Counted from the first letter of the stretch, positions 49,206-63,969 are shown. The stretch: DNA of 64,000 nucleotides from Lama guanicoe (GCA_013239625.1 MU054187.1:19932897-19996896); one strand, 5' to 3'. Made by a program: numbers and translations. Notes: generated by a model from the letters alone, not told the origin.

Positions 49206-52200
49206 TGATATCAAAACCCAATGATAACAACCTTCTTCAAGTTTAAAATACCTGGAATAAAGTCTGTGCCCATTAAAAGTTCATTTCTCTTTCCTTTTTG
49301 TCCTGTAAGATCAGTGTTCTGCTCTTCTGTGTCCTTTGCATTTGCAAGAGCACAGAGGGTATGAGGTTTAGTGGAAGGCATTTCCACCAGAGCATGTGAA
49401 GATGTTTGCTCCAACTGCTCTTGGCTCCTTTCCAGCCATGTTGACCTCCTCTCCCACCACCAGTGGTTCTTCATACCACCAGGGCAGAGTTGGAACACAA
49501 CCATGGCAGCTGCAGACAAAGTCTTCCCTGGATGTACATTGGTCAGACTGCACTGGAGAATTTATAAGGGGAAGATACTGTCTTTCCTTCACCTTTGAGA
49601 AAGTCAGGAAGGACCCACCTGGCTACATCCAGGTAAAGGGAAAAAGCAAAGGTGTAACTTATATCTCTATATTCTTTGCTTCCCAGCAAAGATATCTAAA
49701 TTGAGCCCCTAAATTAACTGCTACTCCTTAATCCCGGTACTAAATGATGTTCCTCCACCTGTATTTTAGAAGCTTTACTTTCTTTCCTCTTCTCAGATTT
49801 ACTTCCACAATAATCTTCCTTCCATTCTATCTGTCACTGGTAGTTTTTCCTTCTTTGTTATTATTGTCCTTATTCTTCCTCTTTACCTTCGAGAATATTC
49901 TTTTTTCCTCTATAATAAAAATAGCAACAAACATCCTGACTTGCTTTTGATTTTTCTTTGAGTTACCATTCTTTCTTTTTCCATTTGATGAAAAAACTCT
50001 TAGACCATACGATAATCTTAATTTTTCTTCCATGATCTTCCAAATTATACACTTTAAAATTTGTTAAAAGAACTCTAAGAAGATATTTTATTGAATTAAA
50101 CCTGTAAATTGAGCTACCACTTTATCAATTAACTGAATGATATAAATTGGTTTATTGATTTCATTGTTTTTAAAGTGATACTTCAGATATTCAAAAAAGC
50201 ATTTACGATCAACCATACTCTATTTTACCCCTTAAGAATCAACTGAAGAATCAAAGTTATCCTCTACAGTTAATAGGGACCATTTTTCTATATTGTAAAC
50301 ACTTAGCTCATTTTAAATGAGTATGTTTTTTTCACTCAAGTTTTAATAAATTGATTTTTATAATAAATATATTCAGGTATAATAAGAAAATATCCTTAAT
50401 GATAAATGTTAGTAATTAAAAACATTAAATATATGAGTAACCAATTAGTTTTGTTCTTAATTACTTGTTCTTAATTACTGTACATCACAGATGCACAGAC
50501 ACACAGACATACACATTTTTTTGGCCTACTTCAATCCATATAAAATTTAACAATAGTTTGATTAATGTGATGAGGGAAATTATTCTATTTATAATTACTT
50601 AATTTTTTTGAAGAACTTTGAACATTTGGTTCCTACAAGTGGAAATTAACATTTTAAATATACAGTGTTATCTGAGAGTTCAGCAAAGCATTGATTGTTT
50701 TTTAGTCTCAAGAAGTGGGAAAATTGTAGTTATTTAAATGTCACTGTTTTGCAAAGAATTTCCTCTCTCTCTTCTTTGTCTCTTTATCTGTCATTTGCAA
50801 AGGGCTTGCATAACATATCTAGTAAGTATATTTTTTGAATGTTACTATTTTTAACTGATGCAATCCTTCATTTCATTGCTCCATATTTACATTAGAGATT
50901 AATATGTTTGCCTGAATGCTTGGCAGGTTAACATCTTTTTGTTTAGCTTTATGATTTTTATTTTAAGCACTAGAGAAGACTGTCATTGAGAAAACTAAGC
51001 TAGTGTCATGGATCTTATTTTTCAGAATTTTTGTGACATTAAAATTTTGGAAAAACATGCATGCATATAAATTGGATGATAAAGGTAGAAGCTGAAGCTT
51101 CAATTACAAGAGTTACTCAGTGTATTTTTTTTCCTATACCTACTAAATGAGAACATTTAAGCAATCATTTCATGTTTTATAAAATAATTTATTGCTATTT
51201 TGAAAGCTACTTGCCATGTTTATTCCAATTTTTAATTCTTTTAAAAAATTAACCTAATTAAATTATTGAAGGTTAAAATTAAATTTCACTTCAATATTCT
51301 TTACCTAGGAATCCTAAGAGTGTCTAAGTGCTTAATTAACTCAGTTGTATAAGGGTTAACAGTCAGAAATATATCCAGGTCATCTAAGTCATACAATTGT
51401 CAGGTGGTTGCTAGGCAACAGATATCAGGTTTGGCTGATAAACATTTCTAGGCAAAACTTATAGTGTGAAAAGAAGAACAAATTACATGACACCTGCATT
51501 TTTGTTGTTACGCTTTTTGAAAATAAAGTTGTATTGGAGAGGGGAAAAAAGCCTTGACATTTATTATGCACATCGTCTTTCTTCTAAATGTCAGAAATAT
51601 ATTATTTGATAGTTAAGTGATAAGGGACAATAAATTAAAATGACATATGACATTTTATTTCCTATGTGGTTTTAGATATGCCTTTTACCTAATACTGCTT
51701 TTGTATCTTGTCATCAAGTTAATTAATTTTCTAAATTCATTGTGATTGAAAGGAAGCTGCAAATCAAAATTAATTGAAATATAATTAATTTAAAGCATAC
51801 ACATTTCAGTGCCATTAAGGGCAAGAAATGAAAATTTGACTGTGTTTCATGATTCTAGCACAACACTAGAATATGTCAGCAGTGCTAGAAATAATATTGA
51901 AAGAGAGAACACATTTTAGAAATCTAAGGTGAAACTGGAATTCTTTGCAAATGACTTCCAACTACTATTATTACATATTACTTGATTTATTTTTATTTTC
52001 TATGTTCAGCGTAATGCTTGCCTCAGAGTTATAAAGGCCGGAGACGTAAGTTCTCCCTCTCTTTTTACTCTCCTTAATAATTGATGCATAGGAGTAGGTG
52101 AGAATTTTGATTTAGGTTAAAGATGGCTCATTGCACACAGACCCAAGAGGAAAAAACAGTATTATCTATTAGGCATCTAGAAAACAAAAATAAATTGTTT

Positions 52201-55021
52201 GGTCATTAGTTTTCAAGCATACTATATATCTGCTTGAAATATATGTGTATATATGTTTATGTAGTATTTATATATACACACACATACACATACATACATA
52301 TATATATTTTTTTAATTACTCTGAGTTGGCCAGTGTGGATGTGGCACTTCCACAAGTTCCCTGAGTCACCAGCACCAGAGCAAAGGCTCTGATAGTTCAG
52401 ACTAGGACCAAAGAGAAATTCAGCGATGACATCTTCCTCTGTCTTCTCCATCCCCTAGCTTTGGCCCTTCCCTCACTATATACTATTTAAAACAAAAATT
52501 TCAGAGGTCTGATTTTTATTCCCCAAATGAGGAATTGTGGCAAAAATCCTTAAAAAAAAAAACCTTGAGTTTTTCATCAGGAAAATTTAATTCAAAATTT
52601 AGCAAAATTAATACTTTCTTTTGTGTAAATTGTATGCAATCTTTCACCAATTATGAGGTTTCTCAGTGAATTTCCAGTTCAGAGGATTAGAGGCAAATCA
52701 TATATATTCAAAATCAACATTTTTACAAAAGAAAATTTTAATCTGGAATTATGATTCTGGTGCCTTTCTCTGATTTCTAATATTAGGCAGTAGAATTTAA
52801 GAGAATTTATTTGAAATAAAGTACGTGAGGTAGATGAATCCGGTGGACGTGTAGGGTGACAGAAGATTTAACAAGTCAACCAAGAAATACCAGTTTTTTT
52901 TCCTAATTCAAACCAAACTTTCTGTTTGTATAAACCTGAATTCTGTATTTTGTTCACAGAGTAGACACCTGCTCAAGTTATTACAGACTTAAAAAAGTGA
53001 GGCCAAGATTTATCTTACCCCTTGGAGAATCATCCAAAGAACATGTCTTTATATTCTTGATGTATAAAGTGAGAATTCCAGACCCCATGAGAAATCCTTG
53101 CAATACCATGTAACAAAAAATAATCGTAAAGTAAAAAATACTTGAAATTATGAAGCATTAAGTTCCTTATGAGGATGTCTAACAAAAAGAGAAATGTCAT
53201 TATGCTCAATATGTATTCTCTATATAGCAGCTTTTAAAAATATGTAACCTTGTTCAAGAGCAAACAGTCAGCCTAATACTTTCTAAAATAAAGAACATAC
53301 TCAAATAAACATTATTACCAGGTTTCAGAAATGTTTCAACATGTTATGAAATAAGCACATTTAGAAAATCAGGGCTGTTACTATTTGAGGGCTAGATTGC
53401 TCAAAAGGTGATGCTGTTTTCAAAGTTCTGTCTCTTACGATAATTATGCTCAATTTTCTTTTTCTTTTTGACATCCAGAAATAGAGGCATGTCTGTTTGA
53501 AAAGAGTTTTATTTAAAAGGCAAAAGAAAACCCTTTGAAGAATTAGGGTAGATGCTTGATGCTTTTATATGAATTTCTGGGGATATTTTGGAAATTAGTT
53601 GTGGTTAATTCACCTTTGTTCATTTCTCCTAGGTATCTTCCACGCTGAAAGGCATGTGGAATCAATGGAACCAGAGGTACAGAAGAAAATCTAGCTGTTT
53701 AAATCCCACCTCCCTTAAATTGCTATTTAAAATGCTATCTGTCTTTTAATAAGGAGGTTTTTTATTAGGATTGGAGATGCTTACAACTTCCATTGAGTTG
53801 TTAAATCTCCGATTACTTTTTTCATTCCATACCCCTTTTAATAGATTATCTTTATGGAATTTCATGAACATTCTAATAATTGATGATGAAAGACTCTTTA
53901 GTCCTGAAGTAGATAGCAAAATGGTAAATTTTTGTTAGGTCAATTAAATCATGATATTCTTTTCAGTTACTTCATCAAGCACATTCTGGTGGAGCTACAC
54001 TAGGGTCTTCCTTTTGAGATGTACTTTATTTTCCCTCTACCAATGGACATAATCTACTAGAAACTGTCAGCATACCTCTATGCAATAGCAAACCATCCCA
54101 TTTATACAGAAGAGATTCCAGATTTCCAAACGTGGCTTGGAATATTTGAATGTGCATCCCTGAATTACTGAAAGAGACTGATCCAAACCGGTAGCTTACC
54201 CAGCCATGAGTAGGTGAATAGAAGAAAATATACAGAAGATGAAAAAAATTAAGAAAGTCTTCATGATACCATTAGTTTGCCATATAGTACCCTGGGGATT
54301 AACTGGATTATATTATAATTGCATTAGAAAATAAGTAAGAAATCTTATATGTCAGAAAGGCCTTTGTCAAACCAGGAATCTTAGGATGCTTCTTGCTTAC
54401 CTAGAAAAGGAACTGCATCTATGGATTGGAGAAGGAAAAAGAAAAAAGAGAGAGAGAAGAAGGGGACCAACATTTCTGAAATGCCTGCTACTTGGTAGTT
54501 ACTATGCTAAGTGCATATTCTCTTATTTAACATTCATAACCCAGTAAGGCAGGGAGTGTCCTCTCCAACAGAAAGATGAGGGGGAAAAAAAAGAAACTTC
54601 AAGAAGTTACGTAGTTTGCAAAATGCCTTAAACTGGTAGCCAACAGAAAAGGCATTAGAACTCAGGCATGTCTGCCTGCTAGGGCCACGTTCATAGTGGC
54701 TGCTGTACCTGCAGTGAGCAGAGGTGGCAGTCCCTGTAGCAAAAGTTTCATCATAATGTCCCTCGTTTTATGGCTTCCTGATAAGTGCTGAATAAAGAAA
54801 CATTTGGTGACCCAGGTCCAACTTTAGAAAGTACTCTAAGGGAAGTTATGATTGACATATTATTTAATGAAGGTTAAGTCTTAGTGTACCTTATTCCCTA
54901 AATCTTATGTAAGACAAGTACTTCATTTGCAGATATCCAGATGCCAGCATGAGTGTGTTCATTTTGCTTACAGACAAATCTTAGTGTTATAAAACACAAA
55001 AATGGCGACTATCACTCAGAA

Positions 55022-55274
55022 CAGTGGTTTTCAAACTTGTGCTTTTCAACTTATTTCACAGTAAGAAAAATATGGTTTCATCACCAACACACACACACAC
55101 ACACAATTTATAAAATAGTACATTACTTTTACATGTAACGTAGTACCTATTCCATCCCATCCCAATGAATTCCATGGTATAACATTCTACTACTTAAAAA
55201 AATCCCAGCCATAGACCTACTGAATTGATTTCATAACACACTATGGGCCATGGTTTATAGTTTGGAAATTACTG
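55022..55274. mobile_element. hAT-type MITE containing a (CA)n tract
   Basis: TIR-like ends CAGTGGTTTTCAAACT ... AGTTTGGAAATTACTG. Confidence 0.65.
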
Positions 55275-56818
55275 ATTGAAGGTATCAGGTAAAGTTACCT
55301 GAATATAAACTTTAAACTATAAATTCAGACTCAGAAAATAAGTAGAAGGTAGCCAGTTAAAAAGTAGAACTTTTATGCCAAGACTTGCTAAAGAAGATAT
55401 AATTTCTGATGTATTTGGAAGTTTTATTATTGGTCCCCCTGTGTTCCTGTGACATGGAGTTAAGGTTTTCTCCATTCTAAATAGATGAGTGGTTGGAAAA
55501 GAATAGCTGAGCTGTTGGGTGAAATTCATCAAGATACGCTTCCCTTTTCTGCCCGTTGCCTCTGCTCTGGTAGTGTAGCTGGATTTGGGGGTCCCTGCTA
55601 CTACTGCCAACAACCCTGTCTACTCTTTGTTGACATTTTATGTAACAGATTATGGAAGTGAGTTTTGAATAGCAGTCACTGTCATTTTCTCGTATTTTTG
55701 ATCAAAAAGACATGTTGAAATGTCCTTGCACAAATGGCCCTTGTTGAAAGGGGTTTCCAGATATCTCACCCCATTAACTTGGGACTGAAATGCAGGAAAG
55801 CAGTGGGCTGTTGTGAGGAGACTGAAGAGAGAGACATAGGCAATTCTTGGCTACATGTCAAATAGGAGATGCTTTGAAATTTACTGTTTAATCATGATTA
55901 ACTAGTTGAACACTTGATTTAATTAGTAGTTGCTTCAATTAGAGGAGAATTCGGTGGGTAATTTTTTAAATCTCCAAGGCTTCATTTAGTTGGGTGGATT
56001 GTATCTATTATAAAGTGCATTTGCATGTAAGACTGATTTCTTCAATTGCTTTTTCATAAAGAATTCTGGAATTGACACTTGGAATAAAGTTCCATATTAT
56101 GCAAAGCAATCTTTAAGAAAAAAAAGTATAAAACAAACTCTTCTGATGAATTCACAGAGTTATCATGTGGTCTCTTTATTTACAATCATTAGAATTTATG
56201 CCTATCTCAGAAATTATACCTTATTACTTGGCTTGTTTTTTTTAATGCTAAAGGTGTTATCTAATTACACTATAATTAAATGTAATTTATCAAATAGAAA
56301 TAAAGACAAAACCAGTAATCAGAGACTCTTCCTCCATTCATAGATATTCAGTGAAGGTGTATCATGTAATTAGTTTACCCATGTTTACCCTAGAACAAGT
56401 AGAATAAAATTGTCATCATTTTTCTTTTCATCATCTGACAGTGCGCTTAGAATTCATTTGCATAGCTATACAATGGAAGTCATTACCCTCATCACAGATC
56501 TACTGTTGTACAACCAGCAATGAAAAAGTGAAGTTTTTGAAGAGAGAAAAGAAAATGGATTTCTTTTTGAATGAAAGAGTTCAGAGTTCCTTTCCCTTTG
56601 GAGGGGAGCTACTAATGTTAACATAGAGCTCTTGTGAGCTGAGATTTGGCCAAATCTCCAAGAAGACAGATTCTATTGACTCCCACATATCAAAGTGAGG
56701 AAGACCACTGAGATATGACTTACAAAGGAGATGGCGTGAAACCAGTGTTGGAACTTGTTCCCTCCTCATCCAAAGCAGTAAAGAGATTAAAGTGGAGAAA
56801 GTAGGCAGTGGGAGGTAG

Positions 56819-56917
56819 GTTTCCTTTTTTTTTCCTCCTTAATGGAGGTACTGGGAGTTGAACCCAGGACCCCATGCACACTAAGCACACACTCTACCGC
56901 TGAGCTATACCTGCCCC
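56819..56917 (-). mobile_element. tRNA-derived SINE (camelid vic-1-like)
   Basis: Antisense of TATAGCTCAGCGGTAGAG...GGGTCCTGGGTTCAACTCCCAGTACCTCCA plus A-tail; homologous to 29982-30077 and 41238-41333. Confidence 0.88.
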
Positions 56918-57424
56918 AGAAGATTTCTTCAGAGTTGGTGTGCTCTGTGTTCTTCCCACTTTCCATCATGGATTTGTGTGTGTGTGTTTGTGTTTGGGTA
57001 GTTGATTGTTTTCTTCTCATTCTATTGATTCTCATTCTCATTCTAGTCCTCAGATCTATTGAGAGCCACAGAATGAAACCTTCTTAGAGATCCAGATATG
57101 TGTATCCGTGGTTTTGAGAACACAGAAGCTGAGGCAGGAGCTGCCTACCAAGAAACTAAATGAAGAATGTGCTGGGGAGGTAAGGAGGTACACTCACACC
57201 AATTACTGTCAGAGGTGTTCACATCCAGTCGGTGTCTTCCACCAAGGTGGTTACGTTCATCCATACCATACATATAACACAGGAGACTTAGCTTCCCAAT
57301 TAGCAACTGTCTAACCAGTTGAGTTCAGGGTAGAGATGCATTAACTTCCCACCTCTCCATCTCCCACCTCAATCCCTTCTCCATTCTTGGCTTTCTGGAA
57401 TAATGATCTCTCTTAATCCATTTA

Positions 57425-57660
57425 TAGTGGTTGAAAGCATGGGCGTTGGGGTGAACACACCTGAAATAGAGTTTGGACTCCATCATCGACTGACACATGA
57501 GAAGCAGCTGCAGGTTATGGAATCTCTTAGGCTTCTATTTTGTCATCAGCAAAGTGGAGAGAAGTATAGTGCCTACCCTGTAGTTACTGTGAAAAGTCAG
57601 TGCATGTGAAGTAATGAGCTCAGTGCCCAGTACTTGGAGCTAAATAGATGTCAGCCACTG
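57425..57660 (+). mobile_element. MIR SINE
   Basis: TAGTGGTTGAAAGCATGGGCGTTGG...GTTACTGTGAA...CAGTGCCCAGTAC. Confidence 0.65.
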
Positions 57661-58529
57661 TAAAATATATATTAAAAATGGGCATCCACTCTAGTGTCCT
57701 GGTGCACCCAATCCTATCCCAATTACAGATTCAGGGGTTTCTCTTCTGAACTCGGTTGGGAGTCTTGTGATTTCTGTTGATTTTTAAGTCTCGAGTGCCG
57801 CTGAGAGATGTCTGCCTTGAGTAGCTGAATGATACAGGAAGTCTCATATCCACTTAGATCCATCATATGGCTGCTGAGCAGATGATGGAAGAGGCTTCCA
57901 CATAAAGTCATGAATTGAGTTGGCAAAAGGTAGCTCTATGTAGCTACCAAGTCTTCTCACGTTAAGTGAGTCATGAAATGACCAGCTGCATCAGTTCTCT
58001 GGAACCATTATGTGTCCTAGGCATTGGAATGGTGTCTCTTTAAAAAGTCTTTCTTTGGAATCTTTCACTGCACAATTTTCCAGTCAACCATTACACTCTG
58101 GAGTACCTTTTAGGAATGACATTTCAGGGGTCTGAATCCTGGTAACTTTTTAACATCCCTTTCTTAACCATATCCTAGCCAAAGCTCAGCTTCTCCCTTT
58201 ACTTTTTCCATAATACAACTTAATGAGGCACTGAGAAAGATCAGATGTTAGCATAATAAAATGTATTTCCCTTCCTGGAGGAGAAAGCATGCTAGTTCAA
58301 GAGGCTATGGCTTTTCTAACCACAACTTTCTTATAGTTTAAGGGGGAAAGGAGATACTTACACACAGATATACTCCTTTATCTGTGAATCACATAGATTC
58401 ACCTGTTGCAGAAAAGAGGGAGGGAGAGAGGAAGAGGAGAGGAGAGAGAGGAAGACAGGCAGAGAGAATCTTTATTGCTTATTACATTTATGCACATACA
58501 TACATTTATAATTGGCCAGGCAGCTGTCA

Positions 58530-58722
58530 CCTACCTTGTGCTAGGCTCTGTGCTAAGTGTTCTTTTCCTCAGTTAATCTTTCCTCTGATGCTAAAAAGAT
58601 GTTATCACAGTCCTGGGTACATACTAGGAAATTATGGCTCAAAGGAGTTAAATACCTTGCTTAAGTCTGCATAGCTAAGCAAGGAGTGGAAATCTACATG
58701 GTCTCACTCTTTGCACTATGCC
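58530..58722 (-). mobile_element. MIR SINE
   Basis: CCTACCTTGTGCTAGGCTCTGTGCTAAGTG...GGAAATTATGGCTCAAAGGAGTTAAATACCTTGC. Confidence 0.7.
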
Positions 58723-61700
58723 GTGACCTCTCTGATTACTCAAGTTCAGTTAATTTTTATTCCTTAAATAGAGATAACTAAAACATGGACATTTTTCTGG
58801 AAAAAGTGACATCATGATTTTTTCATAGCTTTTCCTGAAATGAATTTTCCAAAAGAAAATACGAAGATACATATTTTAAAAAACACCTAGAAAGAGAAAT
58901 ATGTATTTGGTTTACTTCATCTTATGGCCTACAAGTTACATTGGTATATGTATTCAGTATTTAAACATATGGAATACAGTGTTACCAGATATAGAAATAC
59001 TAATATTCTCACACTTGGAAAGGAAAAAATAATATTTTAACTGACTCCTGTCATTAATATGCTATGTTTTATGGTATTAGGTAAACATTACATCTAATAT
59101 CAAATAAAAACAATTGGTCCAATGAAGAGTCCTTTTAAACATTAACTCCCAATCTATTTTTATTTTTTCCTCCAAAATATTATGCCTAAAGTTTCCATGT
59201 ACTAAAATGTTTCCAAATTTCACTTTTGAGACATCATTTCTTAGATCATGAAATATAAGTTAGTCTTTACTATTTTATTATTCAACATTTTTGTACAAGT
59301 TTTGAGCAGAAATTTCAGATGCAAAGGCACATTTAAATGGCATTTAAAAATCTAGCAGGACATATTTGCTCTGGTTATGTGCTCAGGGCAGGGAAATTAA
59401 CATTTCTTGCCTGTAATTATTAGGGTGCTTTTTCCCCAGAAGGAACATGAATTAATGGATCCATATTCAAAACCACAATTAAATAAACAGTTGGTAGGTT
59501 GAAGGGTTAGATAATCAGTGTAATATTCCATACAGGCTCCCAAGGGGCTATCAGTTACATATTCTTTTGTAGCTATAACTAATTTTTCTTTTGTATTTTT
59601 GGTTTTTGATTTTTTTTAAGTTTATAGAAATATCAGAAGTACATAGTTCAAAAATATACTGAAAATGTGCATATATAAATTCTCATATGTCAATTGTTAT
59701 TTCTAATTTGCATTTTTTTCTACCTAAGTTATACAGGCATTCAGAACTGGTCTATTGTGAATGTTCATGGAATAAACAGAATGAAATCTAGATAATATAC
59801 CCCTGATGTGCATATGGCAATGTATTACATTAGACAAATATCTATCATTTACCTCCTTGTCCTTTAAAATTTAAACTTCCTTAAGATATCGCTATCCATC
59901 TTATATTTTGAAAATATTTTTATTTGTCATGTTCATTAAAATTTGCCATGATTATTATTTTATTACTCAACATAAAAAGAAAGAATGTAAAGGAAAGAAA
60001 TCTTAGTGTTTTTATTGATATCAGTATATGCTTGTATTGTCTGGTGGAATTCATTTATCTTGATTAACATCTTGTTTTGGTTATTACTAAGTATGTAAAC
60101 AATTTTCTATGCTTTGCGCTTAACTTTAAAATTCTCCCTTTCTGTTTTTTATTGATCAGAGCAGTATAGGGATGGATGATGGTGAGGCATTATGAGAGTG
60201 CCAGAATTCTGGGCTAGGGCTGCCAACACTACATGGAAAAGCCATTGAGAATCACATTTGCATGTGGATGTTTTCTTGAAACACAGAGATACTGCTATGG
60301 AGAGATGGTAATTTCCACAAAGTTGCTTGAAACTGGTGTTTCACTTCTGAGTCTTCTCCTCTAGATATTTAGGTGAATGTGTTTACATTAAAGAGTTCTT
60401 TCTTTTTGAATCCTCCTGTTTCGGTTTTAGCACCTTTGCCCAGAAAAAGTAGAAGGAGATTGCTACAGCCTGTTTTTCTATTTCCCTTGGGATTTAGAAA
60501 TACTGGACACCAGAAACTCAAAACATTAGGATCAAGTCAGCATTGTCTGCGTGAGGAGCCCGTGAGGCAGTGGGTGAAAGTGAATGGATGGGTGTCTATT
60601 TCCTTCTCTCTTTCTTGACCACAAAGTCTGGAAGCTGAGTCTTCTGCTTTTTCTCTTGGTGTCTAGAACAACCTGCTGGTCTACCACTTAAACTGAGCGC
60701 TCTAGCAGACAAGCCTGAGAAAACCAGTAAGTGAAAGGAATGTCACGTTGTGAGTCATTTCTGTAGATTTTGTTTATTATCCCCTTTGCTCTAAAAAGCA
60801 TACACTACAAAAGCTTTACCAAACTCCAAAGTAGCATAATTGGTTGGAATGGGGCATTGGAAACATCGGTTCCTGTCTCCCCAGTTGGGGCCAAGGTTAA
60901 AACAACCCAGTGCTGATCATCAGATCATCTAAGGCTGTCTAGACAAGGCAAAAACGTTCTGAAAGCAGTTTTGCTGACGGGAAAAATAAAAGTTTCAGTA
61001 AATTGCTGGCTCAACCTTCTTTTGTGATATGACTACAGATTGAGCACTCTGATTTTATTTCTTACATAGCAAGTAAAACGAGGGAGTGAAAGCCATTTTT
61101 TGGAATCTGCTCCACGGAGCAGGAGCCTTGTTCCAGGCGCTCTGTGTCCAGGATGGCAGTTGGAATCAGGTCTACACATGCCCAGCTGTAGCTTTAGTGT
61201 CCAGGCTCACTCTTTTTTTTTTTTTTCCTACTGGTGTTCTTGTTGTTATCTTACAGTTCTTCACTGAGCCCCTTCTGCTTTGAGCTTCATTTATGTAAAA
61301 GTACTTATACTTTTTTTGAGGAATTGGGAAAATTTTTTGTCTCAGTTTGCAGCTGCTCCACAGCAAAACTTTCTTCACTGGCTTTTTAAAATTCCTGTTC
61401 CTTTCCCTCTATGTATCAGTAGCTTTTGGCATAGATCCTGTGCTAGGATCCTTTCTGATTATTACTCATCTTGAAACGACATGAGATCTTTCCAGATCAA
61501 AAACTTGTAGGAGATGTGTGTGTGCGTGTGGGGGCATGTGCATTCACACGTGTGTGTGTTTGATTGAGGCTAAAGGGACTCTGTTCCTGCGTCACGTGTG
61601 TGAGTTAAGCCAGCCTTTCCTGCACTTCAGCTGACCGGGATGGGCGGTATGGGGGCCTGTCATGTTCTCCTCCACCGGCAGCTGGGTTGCTTGTAAAAAC

Positions 61701-63419
61701 AGAGGGCCTGTGCAGTATCTCATTCAGGCCATTTTCTGGCCCAGGTCCCGGATTCCTGGCATCCACTGGCTAATTTTGGTTGCTCTTATTGTTATTATAA
61801 AGTTGTGTTTTTGTATTATTAGGATAATGATTTTTTAAATGTACTGGTTGTAAGGTATCACTGGGAGTTACATAAGAATGCTGAGGCTGTAATATTGTTC
61901 AAGGCCTCTGTGGCCAAAATCAGGGTCCCCAAATACTCGGAAATCATATTTTCCCAAATAATAGTATTCAGCTATAGTTAAATTCTGTACTTTTGGAAAT
62001 TAAAGTATAGACCACTGACTTTTTAAAAAGATAACTCATAGATTTCTATATGGAAACATGGAAATTCTCTAGCTAACATAAAGTAGCAGAAAGTGAATGT
62101 CTTATGTTGTCATACATTTAAATTATTTTCTCAAATCATATATATACAGAGTAACCAATCAAGTAGATCAGAAGTCTGTGATGAGAAGGACAAATCACCA
62201 GTCTCTTCTCTCTCATCCCCTGACCCACTGCCCCGAGGAAATCCTTCCAAGGTGGTGGTATTGACCTCAACTGGGTGATATGCTCACACCTATATATTTT
62301 GCTTTATCAGCTTAATAAAACATCTATTGGTTGTATGATGTACAATATCATTTTTATTGTACCTATTATTTTCAGACCTTATTCTGAGGGTATAAACGTA
62401 GAGGTCGGGGCAAAAATTAGATCGGAGTGTGGAGAGGAGAGAAGAATAGGTGTAAGGCGTCAGAGACCATGAATATGGTCACTTCTGAGGGGCTGTTGCT
62501 CAAAGTGGGACTAGAAAAATGGATCTGTAGTCAGAGAGGCACGTGTGTTAAGAAAGGTTTTTGTCTTTACCTGTTTCAATAGGACTAGAGAACTTACATG
62601 TTGCTAAGTCATTGGAATGATCCAGGAAAAATGGAAAAAATGGAGCCATGCAGGGGGGATAAGAGGGAACTCCAGGGTGATGACTCCCTAAATAGAAGAG
62701 GGAGGTTTGAGTGCAGTAGCAGCAGGGCTGGCCTTAGAAAAACAGCTCATCCATCAAAGCATCAGAAGAAAAATACACATTTCTAAGGGTAATTCCCTTG
62801 CATTCTTTCTGATCCTCCCACTGTTACTTTTATAATTATTTTCTTCTATTGGTTGCCCTTTTAACTTTAAATAATACATTTATCATTCCAACTCTTCCCT
62901 CCACCTTATTCTTGCCTTCTTTCCTTCCCATTTTACTTTTGTGTTATCAAGCTGTTAATTTAGATATTTTGTCCCGAAGCCAACGAAATATTACTAAGTC
63001 TTCTCTGCTTTGGACATAGATTAAAGTCAACAATTCAAAACAATACACATAGTATACGTTATTATAACTAATATTGTCCCCTTCCTCCAATATGGATAGT
63101 AGTTTCAGAAAAAAAGTCATTCAATGTTTTCCTTTATGACCCCCCAGGTTTGGTCCATTGGATGTAAAGTCATCTTTTTTGCTTTCTTTCCTTATCTTAT
63201 TGTAGTAGAGTCTCAAAAACTTCCTATAACAGGCACATTATATCAATGTGCCGAAAAATGTCTTGTTTTCATAACTGCTTAGTAGTTCTATAGTGTTTGA
63301 ATTCTAATTTAAAATATTTTCCCCTGAGAATGCTGATGGCATTATTTCATTACCTTTGAGTATCTACTTTGCTGATGAAATATTTCAAGGAAAAGCTAAA
63401 GCTGATCAGGTGTCTAATT

Positions 63420-63635
63420 GGTGCCAGAAACTATTCTTAGCATTATATCTCTACATCTATATCTATACCTATATATTAAATCTGCATGTTCATTGAATTC
63501 TTACAACAGCCCTAGGAAATAACATTACACCCATTCTGTAGATAAGGAACTTGGACACTGACAAATTAAGTAACATTCTCAAGATCACAAAACTTGGCAG
63601 TAACCATGTCAGGATTCAAACTGGAATGTCTAGAT
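63420..63635 (-). mobile_element. MIR SINE
   Basis: AATTCTTACAACAGCCCTAGG...CCCATTCTGTAGATAAGGAAC...AAGTAACATTCTCAAGATCACA...GGATTCAAAC. Confidence 0.7.
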
Positions 63636-63893
63636 AAAAAAACAAACAACAACAACAAAAAAAACCAGAGACAATCACTGTGGTCTGTAGCCTCTGAGGC
63701 CAGTTCATCTGTAACTTTTCTGTTAAGTTGCATTTGCTCCTCCTTCCCCCTGGAAGATTTTAATATCTTTATACTTGGCATCTGGAAGTTTCCCAATGTT
63801 TCATCCCATTGTAGGGCTTTTTTTTTGTTGAGCACTGGGAAGCCCATTTCAATCTAAATCTTAATGGCTTATTCAGATCTGTAGAATTCTTTC

Positions 63894-63921
63894 TTATCAT
63901 CACACCATCATCACCACCACC

Positions 63922-63955
<34 letters not shown>

Positions 63956-63969
63956 TCACCATCATCATC
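63894..63969. repeat. Compound (CAC)n/(CAT)n trinucleotide microsatellite
   Basis: About 25 CAY units visible directly. Confidence 0.95.

Noticed and set aside
56842..56917. tRNA gene (also at 29982 and 41238)
   Set aside because: A/B boxes are present, but the A-rich tails, flanking duplications and three diverged copies indicate SINEs.
63894..63969. Poly-histidine coding tract
   Set aside because: A simple CAY microsatellite with no surrounding ORF or splice context.
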